In this document: in pieces, positions 26,766 through 36,718 of the stretch | How the letters are laid out: each line of letters begins with the position of its first letter | How positions within the stretch are numbered: the first letter of the stretch is position 1 | Source: an uncultured virus (IMG/VR IMGVR_UViG_3300038805_000284) | Taxonomy: Duplodnaviria; Heunggongvirae; Uroviricota; Caudoviricetes | Virus record (IMG/VR): IMGVR_UViG_3300038805_000284 | DNA length: 64,000 nt | Direction: 5' to 3' (one strand) | Made by a program: the position numbers and the translations under genes | Notes under the pieces: model-generated | What the model was told of the DNA's origin: nothing | The model's input: the letters and a program-made list of their open reading frames with translations, nothing else | Database searches by the model: none

Positions 26766-27536
26766 TTACAGGTTGTCCAAGTACCATTCAATATCTTCTA
26801 CGTCCATAAAAGAAAAACTCAAACGCAAAAATGCGTCTTTTGCTTTCAATTCTTTTACCCACTTAGACCAGTGTTTTGATTTTGGGGCAATAACCCACTT
26901 TCCACCCTCGGCACCCAGTTCAGGATCTTCCACGTCACTGCAATAAAAACGAACAACATAAGGATTCCAAGTTGTATGCCCTGCCGTCTTATGGCCATCT
27001 ACCCAACCTTCTGAAATAGCTGGAATATGGTAGTTATCCCCATAACGTACCAAGTTATCGCGAAACACATCCGCGAAACCTCCATCGGAACCTACTCCAA
27101 TCTTGGAAGTGTCTGAATTTGTTACGTTATTCCCGGCTGTGAGGCAAGAAAAGAAAATAACTTTCAACGGTCCCCTGCCAACCTTATGGCTCAGGGGTTC
27201 GATAACCGTATTCATGTTCTTCATGTTAATGCCGAACTGAATACCGGATTGCCAACCGTGACAAAAGAAAGCCACACAATCAATGTCCTCTTCTGACTCG
27301 TTAATCTTATCCACAACAAATTTACGCCTGGCCTCGGCATTGTTGTTGATCAAGTCCATTCCAAAAACATTAGAATCCGGGATATTGTGCAACTTTGCAA
27401 ACGCCTTCGCTTCAGGAATAAAAGCGCCTGTAGCGTCCTTCTTACCTTTTGAGTTCGTATTGGAATAGAAAACTAATTTATTCGTTTTCTTCTTGTTCTT
27501 CAAAAGCATTTGTTTCTTTTCTTCTTCTGTTTTCAT
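26766..27536 (-). CDS. putative caspase-fold (DUF4347/C80-like) cysteine peptidase
   Basis: VAFFCHG...IQFG and VIFFSCLTAG give a His-Gly/Cys dyad after hydrophobic strands; GGFADVFRDNL. Confidence 0.5.
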   Translation of the reverse strand: MKTEEEKKQMLLKNKKKTNKLVFYSNTNSKGKKDATGAFIPEAKAFAKLHNIPDSNVFGMDLINNNAEARRKFVVDKINESEEDIDCVAFFCHGWQSGIQFGINMKNMNTVIEPLSHKVGRGPLKVIFFSCLTAGNNVTNSDTSKIGVGSDGGFADVFRDNLVRYGDNYHIPAISEGWVDGHKTAGHTTWNPYVVRFYCSDVEDPELGAEGGKWVIAPKSKHWSKWVKELKAKDAFLRLSFSFMDVEDIEWYLDNL

Positions 27537-28564
27537 TTGAAATACACCTCTTTGATTTTGTCTACCAACGCTTCTCTTACTTCCAAATCCTCATCAAGAA
27601 AGGTTGACGCATTGGCATCCCCCTGGCCAATGCTTTCGCCGTTGTAAGAATACCATGAACCTGACTTTTCAATCAAGCCTAGATTGACTGCCATGTTAAA
27701 AATTTCCCAAGTAACGGAAAAACCATTTCCAAAATAAATAATAGAATTGGCTTCCCGTAACGGAGGGGCCACCTTGTTTTTTACAAACTTCACTCTGACA
27801 GCATTACCGATAACATCTCCGGAAGTGTTTTTAATTGAGGATGTTCTTTTTACTTCGACTCTTTGTGAGGAATAAAATGACAGGGCCTGTCCGCCGGTAA
27901 CTGTCTCGTTTGAACCGTAAACCACACCGATTTTATTACGAATTTGGTTAATGAAAACGATAGTAACCCCAGACTTCCCAGAAACGGAAACCAATTTACG
28001 GCACGCTTGCGACATCAAACGGGCATGTAACCCCATAAATTGATCCCCCATATCACCTTCGATTTCCTTCTTAGGTGTTAATGCTGCCACCGAATCGATT
28101 ACAATAATGTCCCCGTAACCCAAAAGACCGGACAATGTTTCAACGGCGTCTAACGCTTCTTCACCGGAATTGGGTTGTGTGATAAGAAGTTTCTCGGTAT
28201 CCACACCTAAAGTTTTCGCATAACCCAAATCCAGGGCCATTTCAGCATCCACAAAAGCAGCAATCCCACCTGCCTTTTGAGTCGCAGCAATGGCATGTAG
28301 TGTTAGCGTAGTCTTTCCCCCAGAAGGATTACCGAAAATTTCAATGATCCTGCCTTGTGGCATCCCACCAATTCCCGAAGCAATGTCGACTGCCAGTGAA
28401 CCAAAGCTCAGTGAAGGGATGTTATAATCGTAATCGTCTGTAACCATTTTGATTTCAGACTCTTTGTTCATTTTGTTGAATTGATCTACGACAGATTTTA
28501 ACCTATCCTCTAAACCAATCCCGTCACCTACTTTTGCAGGTGTTTTTTGTGTCCGTTTTGCCAA
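27533..28564 (-). CDS. recA: RecA recombinase
   Basis: GRIIEIFG..SGGKTTL, AAFVDAE.ALD, QPNSGEEAL, IDSVAALTPK.EIEG, ARLMSQA.RKL, FINQIR.KIG, KNKVAPP, KSGSWYSY. Confidence 0.97.
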   Translation of the reverse strand: MAKRTQKTPAKVGDGIGLEDRLKSVVDQFNKMNKESEIKMVTDDYDYNIPSLSFGSLAVDIASGIGGMPQGRIIEIFGNPSGGKTTLTLHAIAATQKAGGIAAFVDAEMALDLGYAKTLGVDTEKLLITQPNSGEEALDAVETLSGLLGYGDIIVIDSVAALTPKKEIEGDMGDQFMGLHARLMSQACRKLVSVSGKSGVTIVFINQIRNKIGVVYGSNETVTGGQALSFYSSQRVEVKRTSSIKNTSGDVIGNAVRVKFVKNKVAPPLREANSIIYFGNGFSVTWEIFNMAVNLGLIEKSGSWYSYNGESIGQGDANASTFLDEDLEVREALVDKIKEVYFK

Positions 28565-28591
28565 AAGAGACCTCCTATATAATATGAGGTA

Positions 28592-30040
28592 TTACCAACT
28601 ACGATTCATTCCAGGGGGAAGGAAACTTTCGGAAACAGAAACATTCTCACTAGGGGCCGTAGAAGGCACCATAGGGGCCTGTGCAGGGGCAGCCATCGCC
28701 GGTGGTGCCATAGGCGCCTGTTGTGGCGGTGCCATGGCTGGAGGGGCCATTTGAGGCGATACAGGCGCCTGTTGTGGCGGTGCCATGGCTGGAGGGGCCA
28801 TTTGAGGCGATACAGGCGCCTGTTGTGGCGGTGCCATGGCTGGAGGGGCCATAGGAGCTGTTTGGGGAGCCGTAGGAGGCACCATAGGCGCTTGTTGTGG
28901 CGGTGCCATAGGCGCTGTTTGAGGGACAGGAGGTGCCATGGTAGGCGGTGCCATTTGAGGGGCCGTAGGAGGCACCATGGGCGCTTGTTGTGGCGGTGCC
29001 ATCGCCGGGGGTGCCATAGGAGCTGTTTGGGGAGCCTGTTGCGTGTACGAATTTTGGTTCATAGATACGGGGTTAACGTACTGATTCATAACATTAGTAC
29101 TGATAACCATAATCAAATCGGAAGGATCTGCCATGGTTTCAAGTGACGTCAAATAATTTTTCCAATTCTCATCTACCTGCCAGAAACCACCCTTCATAAG
29201 AGTGTACCGGGTATCCCGGAAATTGTTTGCATTGCACCGAGAAGTGTCCTTGATGACTTTCAGTAGCTGCATACCTTGCGGATTGCTACCGGAAAAGAAA
29301 GGTTCAATACCGCTTTTGTGATCCTCTTCAAACAAGGTGTACATAAAATTGAAAACAGTTTTCGGTGCAAACCAGACCTTATAAGATACGGGTTCGCCAG
29401 TGATTGCCTGCCCAAAAGCAGCGGAATAATCGAAGATATTCACTACATAACGTTCCTCAACTTGAAAGGATTTTGCACGATTATAAGTAGCGCCAAGAAT
29501 CGGGTCTGATTTAACCTTTTCTTTGTAACCGTCTGATGACAGGTCTTTGCGTTTGATCCCCGTAACCTGTTCAACTTCTTTCCAGCGCTCGTTATGGTCA
29601 TCCCACGCTTTTGATCTAGCAGCGCAGAACGGACAGAAACTGTCCCGAAACATCGGGCGTCTGCCCAATACTTCTACAAGGTATTGATTCATCTGTGCAG
29701 GACACACCACCGTAGCAAACCCAGTTGAACCGTCGTTTCTAACAAAATTGTCAATTTTGTGAACGGGGACTTTGAAATGGAAAGTAAAAATCTCGCTTTC
29801 CTCGGGTGTCAAAGGCTTAAGCGGGTTTTCGGGAACCAAACCTAGATTGTTAGCCATTTCAGGGGTAGGGTTAAAAAGTTTCCACAAAGACGGCTGAAAC
29901 AACGGAACATAAACTTCGTTTGAAAACGAAGTTCCTGCCGAATGGGGCAACGGCTTGTAAAGAATGCTGGCCAAATCTTTACGTTCTTGCTGTTGATCCT
30001 CGGTTGTTACTGCTGACTTTGGCATCGTATAGCTTCTCAT
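28592..30040 (-). CDS. putative ssDNA-binding protein (T4 gp32-like) with long Pro/Ala/Met/Gln repeat tail
   Basis: H...CP...CPFC Zn ligands, RYVVNIFD, KVW..PKTVF; position next to recA. Confidence 0.55.
   Translation of the reverse strand: MRSYTMPKSAVTTEDQQQERKDLASILYKPLPHSAGTSFSNEVYVPLFQPSLWKLFNPTPEMANNLGLVPENPLKPLTPEESEIFTFHFKVPVHKIDNFVRNDGSTGFATVVCPAQMNQYLVEVLGRRPMFRDSFCPFCAARSKAWDDHNERWKEVEQVTGIKRKDLSSDGYKEKVKSDPILGATYNRAKSFQVEERYVVNIFDYSAAFGQAITGEPVSYKVWFAPKTVFNFMYTLFEEDHKSGIEPFFSGSNPQGMQLLKVIKDTSRCNANNFRDTRYTLMKGGFWQVDENWKNYLTSLETMADPSDLIMVISTNVMNQYVNPVSMNQNSYTQQAPQTAPMAPPAMAPPQQAPMVPPTAPQMAPPTMAPPVPQTAPMAPPQQAPMVPPTAPQTAPMAPPAMAPPQQAPVSPQMAPPAMAPPQQAPVSPQMAPPAMAPPQQAPMAPPAMAAPAQAPMVPSTAPSENVSVSESFLPPGMNRSW
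28713..28852. repeat. 51-bp coding tandem repeat (about 2.7 perfect copies) inside a longer degenerate repeat region 28660-29040
   Basis: GGCGCCTGTTGTGGCGGTGCCATGGCTGGAGGGGCCATTTGAGGCGATACA at 28713 and 28764, partial at 28815; encodes VSPQMAPPAMAPPQQAP. Confidence 0.9.
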
Positions 30041-30048
30041 GAAACCTC

Positions 30049-30699
30049 CTAGCGTCTATATTTAGACATTATGTTGAATGATTCTGTCTCTGAAACGGGT
30101 CCGATATTAAATTTCTTAGCCATCAAAAGGTCTTTCAAATCTCTCATGTGATAAGACCTGTTGTCAAGTCTTTTCGCAATGTTTTGTATACTTAAAACAC
30201 CTTTTTCCATCTGTTTTGTTGTTCTTAGGATGGATTCGTAAGTCCACTTCGGTTCAGTCAATAAAAACTTCTTAAAGTCTACCTCGAAGCCTTCCCGATC
30301 CAACGCTTTGTCTTTCTTAATTGCGACATCGTACGCAATAGAAATGTACTTTTCCAAAGATAATTCAGAAGTATCTTCTGAATACGTCAAAATAACCTGG
30401 TCATTTACGGCATCGATTGTAGGTTTCTTTTCTCCGTAACCTTCCAAAACCAACCTGGCGTACCGTTTATTGTGTGCCCACCACTTTGAGACAAATTCTT
30501 CTTTAAATAAATCAAAAGAATTTTTCAAGTTAATGGCCACTTGTTCCCACCTGGCCTGTGTAGCCGCGTGATTTTTATACAGTTCTTCAATCTGACTCTC
30601 TTCAAAAGAAAGCAACTCCTCAATATCCGTTTCAGGAATCCAATCGTCACACAGGACAACAATGTTCCCTTTTATGATGGATATTTTGAATTGTGTCAT
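30049..30699 (-). CDS. hypothetical helical protein (position compatible with a UvsY-like mediator, unconfirmed)
   Basis: 216-aa helical ORF directly upstream of the SSB-like gene and recA. Confidence 0.6.
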   Translation of the reverse strand: MTQFKISIIKGNIVVLCDDWIPETDIEELLSFEESQIEELYKNHAATQARWEQVAINLKNSFDLFKEEFVSKWWAHNKRYARLVLEGYGEKKPTIDAVNDQVILTYSEDTSELSLEKYISIAYDVAIKKDKALDREGFEVDFKKFLLTEPKWTYESILRTTKQMEKGVLSIQNIAKRLDNRSYHMRDLKDLLMAKKFNIGPVSETESFNIMSKYRR

Positions 30700-31217
30700 G
30701 ATTCAAGCAACTCCAAGTTCGAATGATCAAACGAACCATTACCCCATCTAGGGCCATACAACTCTACCAATGCAGTAAAATCCTCAAGATCATGCCGAAC
30801 CAGCTTATTCCCATCGGGATGGATGTGCATCAACTCGTGAACAATAACTCCATCCTCCAATAACATAGTGTTATCAGGATTCTCATTTCCCATAATTAAA
30901 TCGTCGTTCAAAGTAATCATGAAACGCAAATCGAAAAAATTCTCATCAACCCCCTTAACCTCAGGATCGATAATATTCATTCGCTGCAAAGAACCGACAA
31001 CGTAACGACTAATCAAAGAAATCGGAACACCACCGACATAAGTACATTTCCCAAGCCATTTTGCCTTAGACCCTGCCAAACGGATAAAAATAACTTGATC
31101 TAAATCCACGTGCCCAATCAGTTTTCCGTAAACAGGATTGCGTTGCAGTTCTTTTGCCCGTTCCCGGATACCTTCATCTACCTGCCATAAGGCACCATTA
31201 TTATCAACTACTTGCAT
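30696..31217 (-). CDS. putative phage metallopeptidase
   Basis: WLGKC, F.ITLN, HELMH, RHDLEDF..LVELYG; start MQVVDN behind GGAGG. Confidence 0.75.
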   Translation of the reverse strand: MQVVDNNGALWQVDEGIRERAKELQRNPVYGKLIGHVDLDQVIFIRLAGSKAKWLGKCTYVGGVPISLISRYVVGSLQRMNIIDPEVKGVDENFFDLRFMITLNDDLIMGNENPDNTMLLEDGVIVHELMHIHPDGNKLVRHDLEDFTALVELYGPRWGNGSFDHSNLELLES

Positions 31218-31240
31218 GAAAACCTCCAATAATTAGCAAA

Positions 31241-31269
31241 ATTATACAGAAAAAGGGAGGGAACGTCAA
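31241..31269 (-). promoter_or_regulatory. sigma70-type promoter
   Basis: Minus strand TTGACG-17 bp-TATAAT. Confidence 0.75.
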
Positions 31270-32339
31270 CTCAAATCTTCACAGATTTTAATAAAAAACA
31301 TACTCCAAACTGCTTTAGGGTCCGGCGAACCCTTCATGATGGGGTAAAAATCATCCCAAGCATCCGAAATCGCCTTAATAACCTCTGTGGACAAAGTTAA
31401 ATTCTTTTCAAAAACCTCGTATTCGATACCGGAAACAAAGGTAAGATTCCTGGCACCAATGTGAAATACTGCAAAATCCCTCAAAAGAACAGGAATTGCC
31501 GTCAAGAAAAGGTGTTCTAAATCGATACCCGAAACGTACCACCCTTGAAGTTCTTCTAAGGAAATTTTTAAGTCCAACTTGCTTATCACGTACGCCAAAG
31601 ACTTGTACTGTGCTACTGTTACGATATTGACAAAGTTGTTCAGAATGGATTCGTCTAACGGTCCTTCGCTAAGCACAATCGCCTGGTCAAGAATCTGCTG
31701 AATATCGCGCAAAGAACCGTCGCAAACCCTAGCGAGTGTTTTGACAAAACCCTCCGTATATTGGACAGACTCTGAATTGAGAATGCTCTTAATGTTTTCT
31801 TCAATGGTATCTTCTGACATCGGCTTCAATTGCAGGTTCATACACCTGGATTTCAACGTGTTCAGAAACCTTTCAGAATCTGTTGAGGCCAGAATGAAAA
31901 CAACGTCTTTAGGGACATCCTCAAAAATCTTCAATAAAGCAGATTGGGCCTGCGGCGTAAACATATGTGCTTCATCAAAAATAAACACCCGTTTGTTGTA
32001 AAAAGGTTTAATTTTTACAACATCTAAAATATCCCTAACAAAATCCACACCATTGTTCGAGGCTGCGTCAATCTCCATAATATCAGGGTGAGAACCGTTG
32101 TTAAATTCCAAACATGACTTGCAAGTATTGCAAGCATTTCCAGTATCGCAATTTAACGATTTTGCGTAAATCCTGGCAATAGTTGTTTTGCCGACCCCAC
32201 GCATACCAGAAAGAAGAATGCTTTGAGGGATACGGTTCATCTTAATGGAATTGGACAAAATTCGAACCGTAGCATCTTGACCTAACACGTCCTTAAACGT
32301 ACTCGGGCGATACTTTCTTGAAATGGCCAAATAGCTCAT
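31266..32339 (-). CDS. dnaX: DNA polymerase III gamma/tau-like clamp loader subunit
   Basis: RKYRPSTF.DVLGQ, GMRGVGKTT.AR, C...C..C..C Zn module, EIDAASNNGVD, DEAHM, SRC, GSLRD. Confidence 0.93.
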   Translation of the reverse strand: MSYLAISRKYRPSTFKDVLGQDATVRILSNSIKMNRIPQSILLSGMRGVGKTTIARIYAKSLNCDTGNACNTCKSCLEFNNGSHPDIMEIDAASNNGVDFVRDILDVVKIKPFYNKRVFIFDEAHMFTPQAQSALLKIFEDVPKDVVFILASTDSERFLNTLKSRCMNLQLKPMSEDTIEENIKSILNSESVQYTEGFVKTLARVCDGSLRDIQQILDQAIVLSEGPLDESILNNFVNIVTVAQYKSLAYVISKLDLKISLEELQGWYVSGIDLEHLFLTAIPVLLRDFAVFHIGARNLTFVSGIEYEVFEKNLTLSTEVIKAISDAWDDFYPIMKGSPDPKAVWSMFFIKICEDLS

Positions 32340-32611
32340 TTTGCCTCGTTGTATACGTCCGTAATAATATCCAAAGTATCGTCATCAACATCGTAACCGA
32401 TTTCAGACAATATCATGTCAATCGCCCTCTTAGAATCAAAAGAGTTCCCAGATTCTTTACAATACTTTTCGCACCATTTCACAGCAATAAACAACAATTT
32501 TTGGTTAAAATCTCTTTTCTCCATTTCCATTTTGTTCTCCTTTGGCCTAACCGTTAAGGCCGTTATAAAAATACCAATAGACACCACCAAAATAACAGTA
32601 ACTGCAAACAC
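32336..32611 (-). CDS. small protein with N-terminal transmembrane helix
   Basis: Hydrophobic N-terminus FAVTVILVVSIGIFITAL. Confidence 0.6.
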   Translation of the reverse strand: MFAVTVILVVSIGIFITALTVRPKENKMEMEKRDFNQKLLFIAVKWCEKYCKESGNSFDSKRAIDMILSEIGYDVDDDTLDIITDVYNEAK

Positions 32612-34803
32612 TATTTGTCACCCCAATTCTTTGCCACCGCAAAATCTACAGACAACGGGACACTAAACTTCGTATACTCAGATAACCACGTTGTCATAAT
32701 ATACTCCATCAAACTCTTTACGTTTTCAACATCCTGTTCATGAACGAAACAACCAATCTCATCATGAATATAAAGTACGGGATTCGCCCTTAAATTGTAC
32801 TGTTTAAACCCTTCTGACAATTTAATCAATGCCAATGAGGACAAATCTGCCGCACTACCTTGCACCCGTGTGTTCACGGCCTGCCGTAATGCTGCCTCTT
32901 TCTTTTGTTTCTGAATCCTAATTTCTGTGTTCCAGAAACAGGATTTAAGGTGTTCGCATGACAAACACTTGAAAAAGATATTGGAACCGAACTTCTTGAT
33001 CCTAGACTTCAATTCGTTTTCATCAATTTCATCAAAGGTCTGAACATTGTAATCAATAGATCCTGGCCGAATAGCACCTCGGTAACACTTCGGCCTTTCT
33101 TCGGGCCATTTAACGGAAAACGGAACATTCAACATTGCATCGGGCAAATGTCTTTTACGGTTAAACATATTCAGTACATAACCATATGTTTTCGCAAAAA
33201 GATGCGTGTCATCAATCCACTTCTTCAAAGTAGGGGAATTTCCGAAATAAACGGTGTTAATCAAATGGTCCGCATCTTCTACGGTCATATTCAATTTTGG
33301 CGAAATTGAAAACGGAGTCTCCCCGTAAAGAATGCCAAAGTTAATCGTTTTGGCCTTTGATCTGAACTCGGGATACTTTGCATCTACTTCAGAAACATCG
33401 CAATCTAAATGAAAAATAGAATGGGCCGTAGCAGAGTGCATATCGACACCATGCGTAAACCCGTGAATCCAACTAGGTTCTTGAGATAAATGTGCCGCAA
33501 CTCGCAATTCCATTTGCGAATAGTCGGCAAATACGAAGGTATAACCGTCGGGACATTCCCACATACCCTTAACAATATCTCCACCATTTGCAGGTCTCGG
33601 AAGGTTCTGCAAGTTCGGTTCACGGCACTTCAAACGTCCTGTTTTGGAAATAAGGAAAAAATCGGGATGTACCATTCCGATAGATCCATCCCCGCCATAC
33701 ACTTTTGCCATTTCTATTGCAGGTGTTGCGTAAGTGCTTTGAATCTGTTCTGAACGTCTGTACCGTAACAACGGTTCCTTTACGGGATGGTCAATTCGTT
33801 GAAGAACGTCCACACCTACTGCCCAACCGTTCTTATTTCTGATACCGCCTTCCAACTTCATGATGTTAAAAAGAACGTCACCTAGTTGCTGTGGCGAACC
33901 TACGTTAATATCCACACCTAACATCTCACAAACTTCTTTTTGAATGTCCTGTTGCAATTTCAAATGTTCCGCTTCTACCTTTCGGGCCTTCCCAATATGA
34001 AGAGGAACTCCATGCAATTCCATCATCATAACAGAATGTGACAACGGCATGACGATATTTTGAAATACCCAATCCGTTCCATTCTCTACTAGCAATTGAG
34101 ACAAAACAAACCGTAATGCCAACGTCAAATCAGTATCTGCACAAGCATACGGATAAAGAATATCCAAAGGAACTTTAGAGTACCGACGCCATAAAGGATC
34201 GTAATGAGTCAAAGCGTCTTCCAGATCACTCTTGAACAAACTGGATTGCGCATCAAGATAATAGTCTGACATCCCGATTTTTGAAATTTTACCAGAACGA
34301 TCAAACTTCGATTTCAGGGCGTGAGAGCTGTTTATGCCCTCTTCATCCAAAAGACCACCGGCCAACATAGTATCAAACCAAAAATTTGCAGTCCGGATCC
34401 CAAGTTTTCGAAACAGTTCTTTTGAGTCGAACTTACCGTTATGGGCACATTTAGGTATGTTGGATTCCTGGATTTCTTTAACGGCATTCACAATAGCATC
34501 TTGAGAAGATCCCCAAAAGTGCGAATCGTCTGACCGTACAAGAGGGACATATGCAGCATTCCCGAATTCAAACGGCGAAATTGTTTCAGGACTCCTGCCC
34601 CAAGCATAGGAAATTCCGATAACATGGATTGGGGTGTTTTTTACGTATTCCTTAACCTTTTTAGCCTTAATAGTAGGATTTGACGTTTCAATATCAAACG
34701 CTATTTCACTAGCGGATTTCAATTGATCAATAAGCCAAGACATCTTTCTCGGAGTATCCACCAAGTGATAAGTTCTCGGCGTGTCTGTTCGTCCTAAAAT
34801 CAT
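32611..34803 (-). CDS. polA: family A DNA polymerase (3'-5' exonuclease + polymerase, no 5'-3' exonuclease)
   Basis: Exo FDIET, AHNGKFD, YACAD; TGRL..EPNLQNLPR, motif A DYSQMELR, motif B RSKAKTINFGILYG, motif C IHDE. Confidence 0.95.
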   Translation of the reverse strand: MILGRTDTPRTYHLVDTPRKMSWLIDQLKSASEIAFDIETSNPTIKAKKVKEYVKNTPIHVIGISYAWGRSPETISPFEFGNAAYVPLVRSDDSHFWGSSQDAIVNAVKEIQESNIPKCAHNGKFDSKELFRKLGIRTANFWFDTMLAGGLLDEEGINSSHALKSKFDRSGKISKIGMSDYYLDAQSSLFKSDLEDALTHYDPLWRRYSKVPLDILYPYACADTDLTLALRFVLSQLLVENGTDWVFQNIVMPLSHSVMMMELHGVPLHIGKARKVEAEHLKLQQDIQKEVCEMLGVDINVGSPQQLGDVLFNIMKLEGGIRNKNGWAVGVDVLQRIDHPVKEPLLRYRRSEQIQSTYATPAIEMAKVYGGDGSIGMVHPDFFLISKTGRLKCREPNLQNLPRPANGGDIVKGMWECPDGYTFVFADYSQMELRVAAHLSQEPSWIHGFTHGVDMHSATAHSIFHLDCDVSEVDAKYPEFRSKAKTINFGILYGETPFSISPKLNMTVEDADHLINTVYFGNSPTLKKWIDDTHLFAKTYGYVLNMFNRKRHLPDAMLNVPFSVKWPEERPKCYRGAIRPGSIDYNVQTFDEIDENELKSRIKKFGSNIFFKCLSCEHLKSCFWNTEIRIQKQKKEAALRQAVNTRVQGSAADLSSLALIKLSEGFKQYNLRANPVLYIHDEIGCFVHEQDVENVKSLMEYIMTTWLSEYTKFSVPLSVDFAVAKNWGDK

Positions 34804-35072
34804 TCGGTATCGGTTTTCTTATTTACGAAAGCAATCCATTCCATAGCATCCATTAAACAACGAACAGTGTCTCGAAGGTCTCTTTGCTGAAGATACGGAA
34901 AATGCACAATCGTACCGTCACGCTTCTCAAAGCGCCTGTTCACACGGTAATCGTAAAACGTGTTACCGCTAACATGATCATCTCGCATGAAAATCTCCAC
35001 ACAAGATGAACCATGAAGGATCTCCTTAACTTTTTCGGGCTTTGTTCTTTCTCTTTTTGAATCTCCACGCAT
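34800..35072 (-). CDS. hypothetical protein (possible PC4/Whirly-like nucleic-acid binder)
   Basis: Beta-strand-rich N-part RRFEKRDG followed by a C-terminal helix; weak resemblance only. Confidence 0.5.
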   Translation of the reverse strand: MRGDSKRERTKPEKVKEILHGSSCVEIFMRDDHVSGNTFYDYRVNRRFEKRDGTIVHFPYLQQRDLRDTVRCLMDAMEWIAFVNKKTDTE

Positions 35073-35598
35073 AAATATCTGCCTTTCTAATTTTTACTCT
35101 CCCACGTTTACTTCTTATATGAGGGATTTTTCCAGAAACTACATTTGAATACACGTTTATGTACTTACACCCTTTTACTTTTGCTGCTTCTGATATAGTT
35201 AAATAGTTGTCAAATTCTACCTCTCTTTTCTTAAACGGGTTTTCTCTAGGCGGATTGTCTACCTCGTATATCAGTTTGACCAAATCTTTAGGACTAATGT
35301 GTTTCAGTATATAATTGATTGCATCAATCGTATTATCGCCGCCGATACCTTTCCGGTAAGCATAAGCAGCCATACAGACTTCTTGAAGATTGCAGGAAAC
35401 CTCACAATCCCCAGAAGGTCTTTTATCGCAGTGACTGCACTGATTGAAAGTGAAATTACATGAATGATTTTCCATATCAGGGTTTGAGAAGAAACCGCAT
35501 ATCCGTAAGCGAACCTTAAGATGTTCTTTAATGTCAATCTGATAGTATTCAGAAGCAATCTTAATAAGGTTTTTATCAAAGTTTACGATAGGCTTCAT
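35026..35598 (-). CDS. Cys-rich protein with C-terminal excisionase-like HTH
   Basis: YLTISEAAKVKG....VYSNV.SGKIP...GRVKI; seven Cys in the N-half. Confidence 0.65.
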   Translation of the reverse strand: MKPIVNFDKNLIKIASEYYQIDIKEHLKVRLRICGFFSNPDMENHSCNFTFNQCSHCDKRPSGDCEVSCNLQEVCMAAYAYRKGIGGDNTIDAINYILKHISPKDLVKLIYEVDNPPRENPFKKREVEFDNYLTISEAAKVKGCKYINVYSNVVSGKIPHIRSKRGRVKIRKADIYAWRFKKRKNKARKS

Positions 35599-36707
35599 AT
35601 CAGAACCTTAGTTAAATAAACCACCTTACTGAAAGTCGGATCACTTAACGCAATCAAAGACCTGCTGTAATCATGCAGGTTAACACTGTCCCCAAAAAGA
35701 GTCAAGCTCTTTATCAACCTCGTTTTGTTTACGGAAAAACTCTCCACAGTGTCGCCATCTGTCGAGGCAACCCTTTCATTAAATTCAGCACCTTTGAAAG
35801 TCTTTCCCGTCAACTGCCACACCAGATTATCCCCAGACCTACCGACAACACTGAAATGAATCCAAGAATCAAAAGATCCCAAAGAATTGCTAATCATATC
35901 GGAAGCAGATGAAAGGGATTTTGTATTAAACGCGTACGAGCGAATTCTGCTTAACGGTTCCCCGAAACATAAAGATTCATCAAAATCCGTAGGATAAGAA
36001 TCTGACGGCATAGAAAACAGTGCAATTGTACCTTGTGTCAACTGAAATCCGGCAGATGATCTTGAAACCAGAATCTTTTGAACAAAAGAATCCACTCCTT
36101 TCAAAGATTTTGCCATATAATCTGAAAAGAGTATCCTGGAATCCTTAATAAAAGAATCTGTAGCGTCCGTGAATAAAGAAACTTGTGAAAACTTGCTAAT
36201 ACGGGAAGTTCCGTTCTTAGTCTCCAAAAGAACCCCGGTCATCTTAGATGATGTGGTGGCGCTGGAAGTCTCAGGAATAGCATTCAAAGCACCTAAAAGC
36301 CCTTTAACAATCCAATCCTTATGCCCTCCATCAAACGCCTCGCAATCGGGAACCGTAGCCGTTTTTTTAACAGCCACTACGGGAAACTTTGCGTTCATGT
36401 TCCCTTGTTTCAATGTAATGTTTGAAGGTTTTGCATTTATGCGAACAGGTTGATCGTGAATCTTCTTAATAAAAGAAATGAAAGTATCCGAATCGATTCC
36501 GAAAGACATTCTGCCATCGCTCTCAAAGGATCTCTCGAAATAAACTAAAGTGTTGTACGTTTGATCTGTAGTGTGTATTGTTAGTTTTCCATTACCTGCT
36601 GAAAAATAAATAACACCCTTGTTCGATACGGCCTTGTCCATCAAAGTAACAAATTCAAAAAGAATTGATGCACTAAGGGTTAAATTATCCCCTTTCAATT
36701 CGATCAT
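35595..36707 (-). CDS. dnaN: DNA polymerase III beta-like sliding clamp
   Basis: About 370 aa; LTIHTTD, F.SFIKKI, ITLKQG...KFP and MTGVLLE resemble beta-clamp motifs; replication-module context. Confidence 0.65.
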   Translation of the reverse strand: MIELKGDNLTLSASILFEFVTLMDKAVSNKGVIYFSAGNGKLTIHTTDQTYNTLVYFERSFESDGRMSFGIDSDTFISFIKKIHDQPVRINAKPSNITLKQGNMNAKFPVVAVKKTATVPDCEAFDGGHKDWIVKGLLGALNAIPETSSATTSSKMTGVLLETKNGTSRISKFSQVSLFTDATDSFIKDSRILFSDYMAKSLKGVDSFVQKILVSRSSAGFQLTQGTIALFSMPSDSYPTDFDESLCFGEPLSRIRSYAFNTKSLSSASDMISNSLGSFDSWIHFSVVGRSGDNLVWQLTGKTFKGAEFNERVASTDGDTVESFSVNKTRLIKSLTLFGDSVNLHDYSRSLIALSDPTFSKVVYLTKVLI

Positions 36708-36718
36708 AACAATCCTCT

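Noticed and set aside
28721..29146. Plus-strand ORF with WRCHGWRGH repeats; also considered as CRISPR-like
   Set aside because: Antisense reading of the Pro-rich coding repeat of the 28592-30040 gene; no unique spacers.
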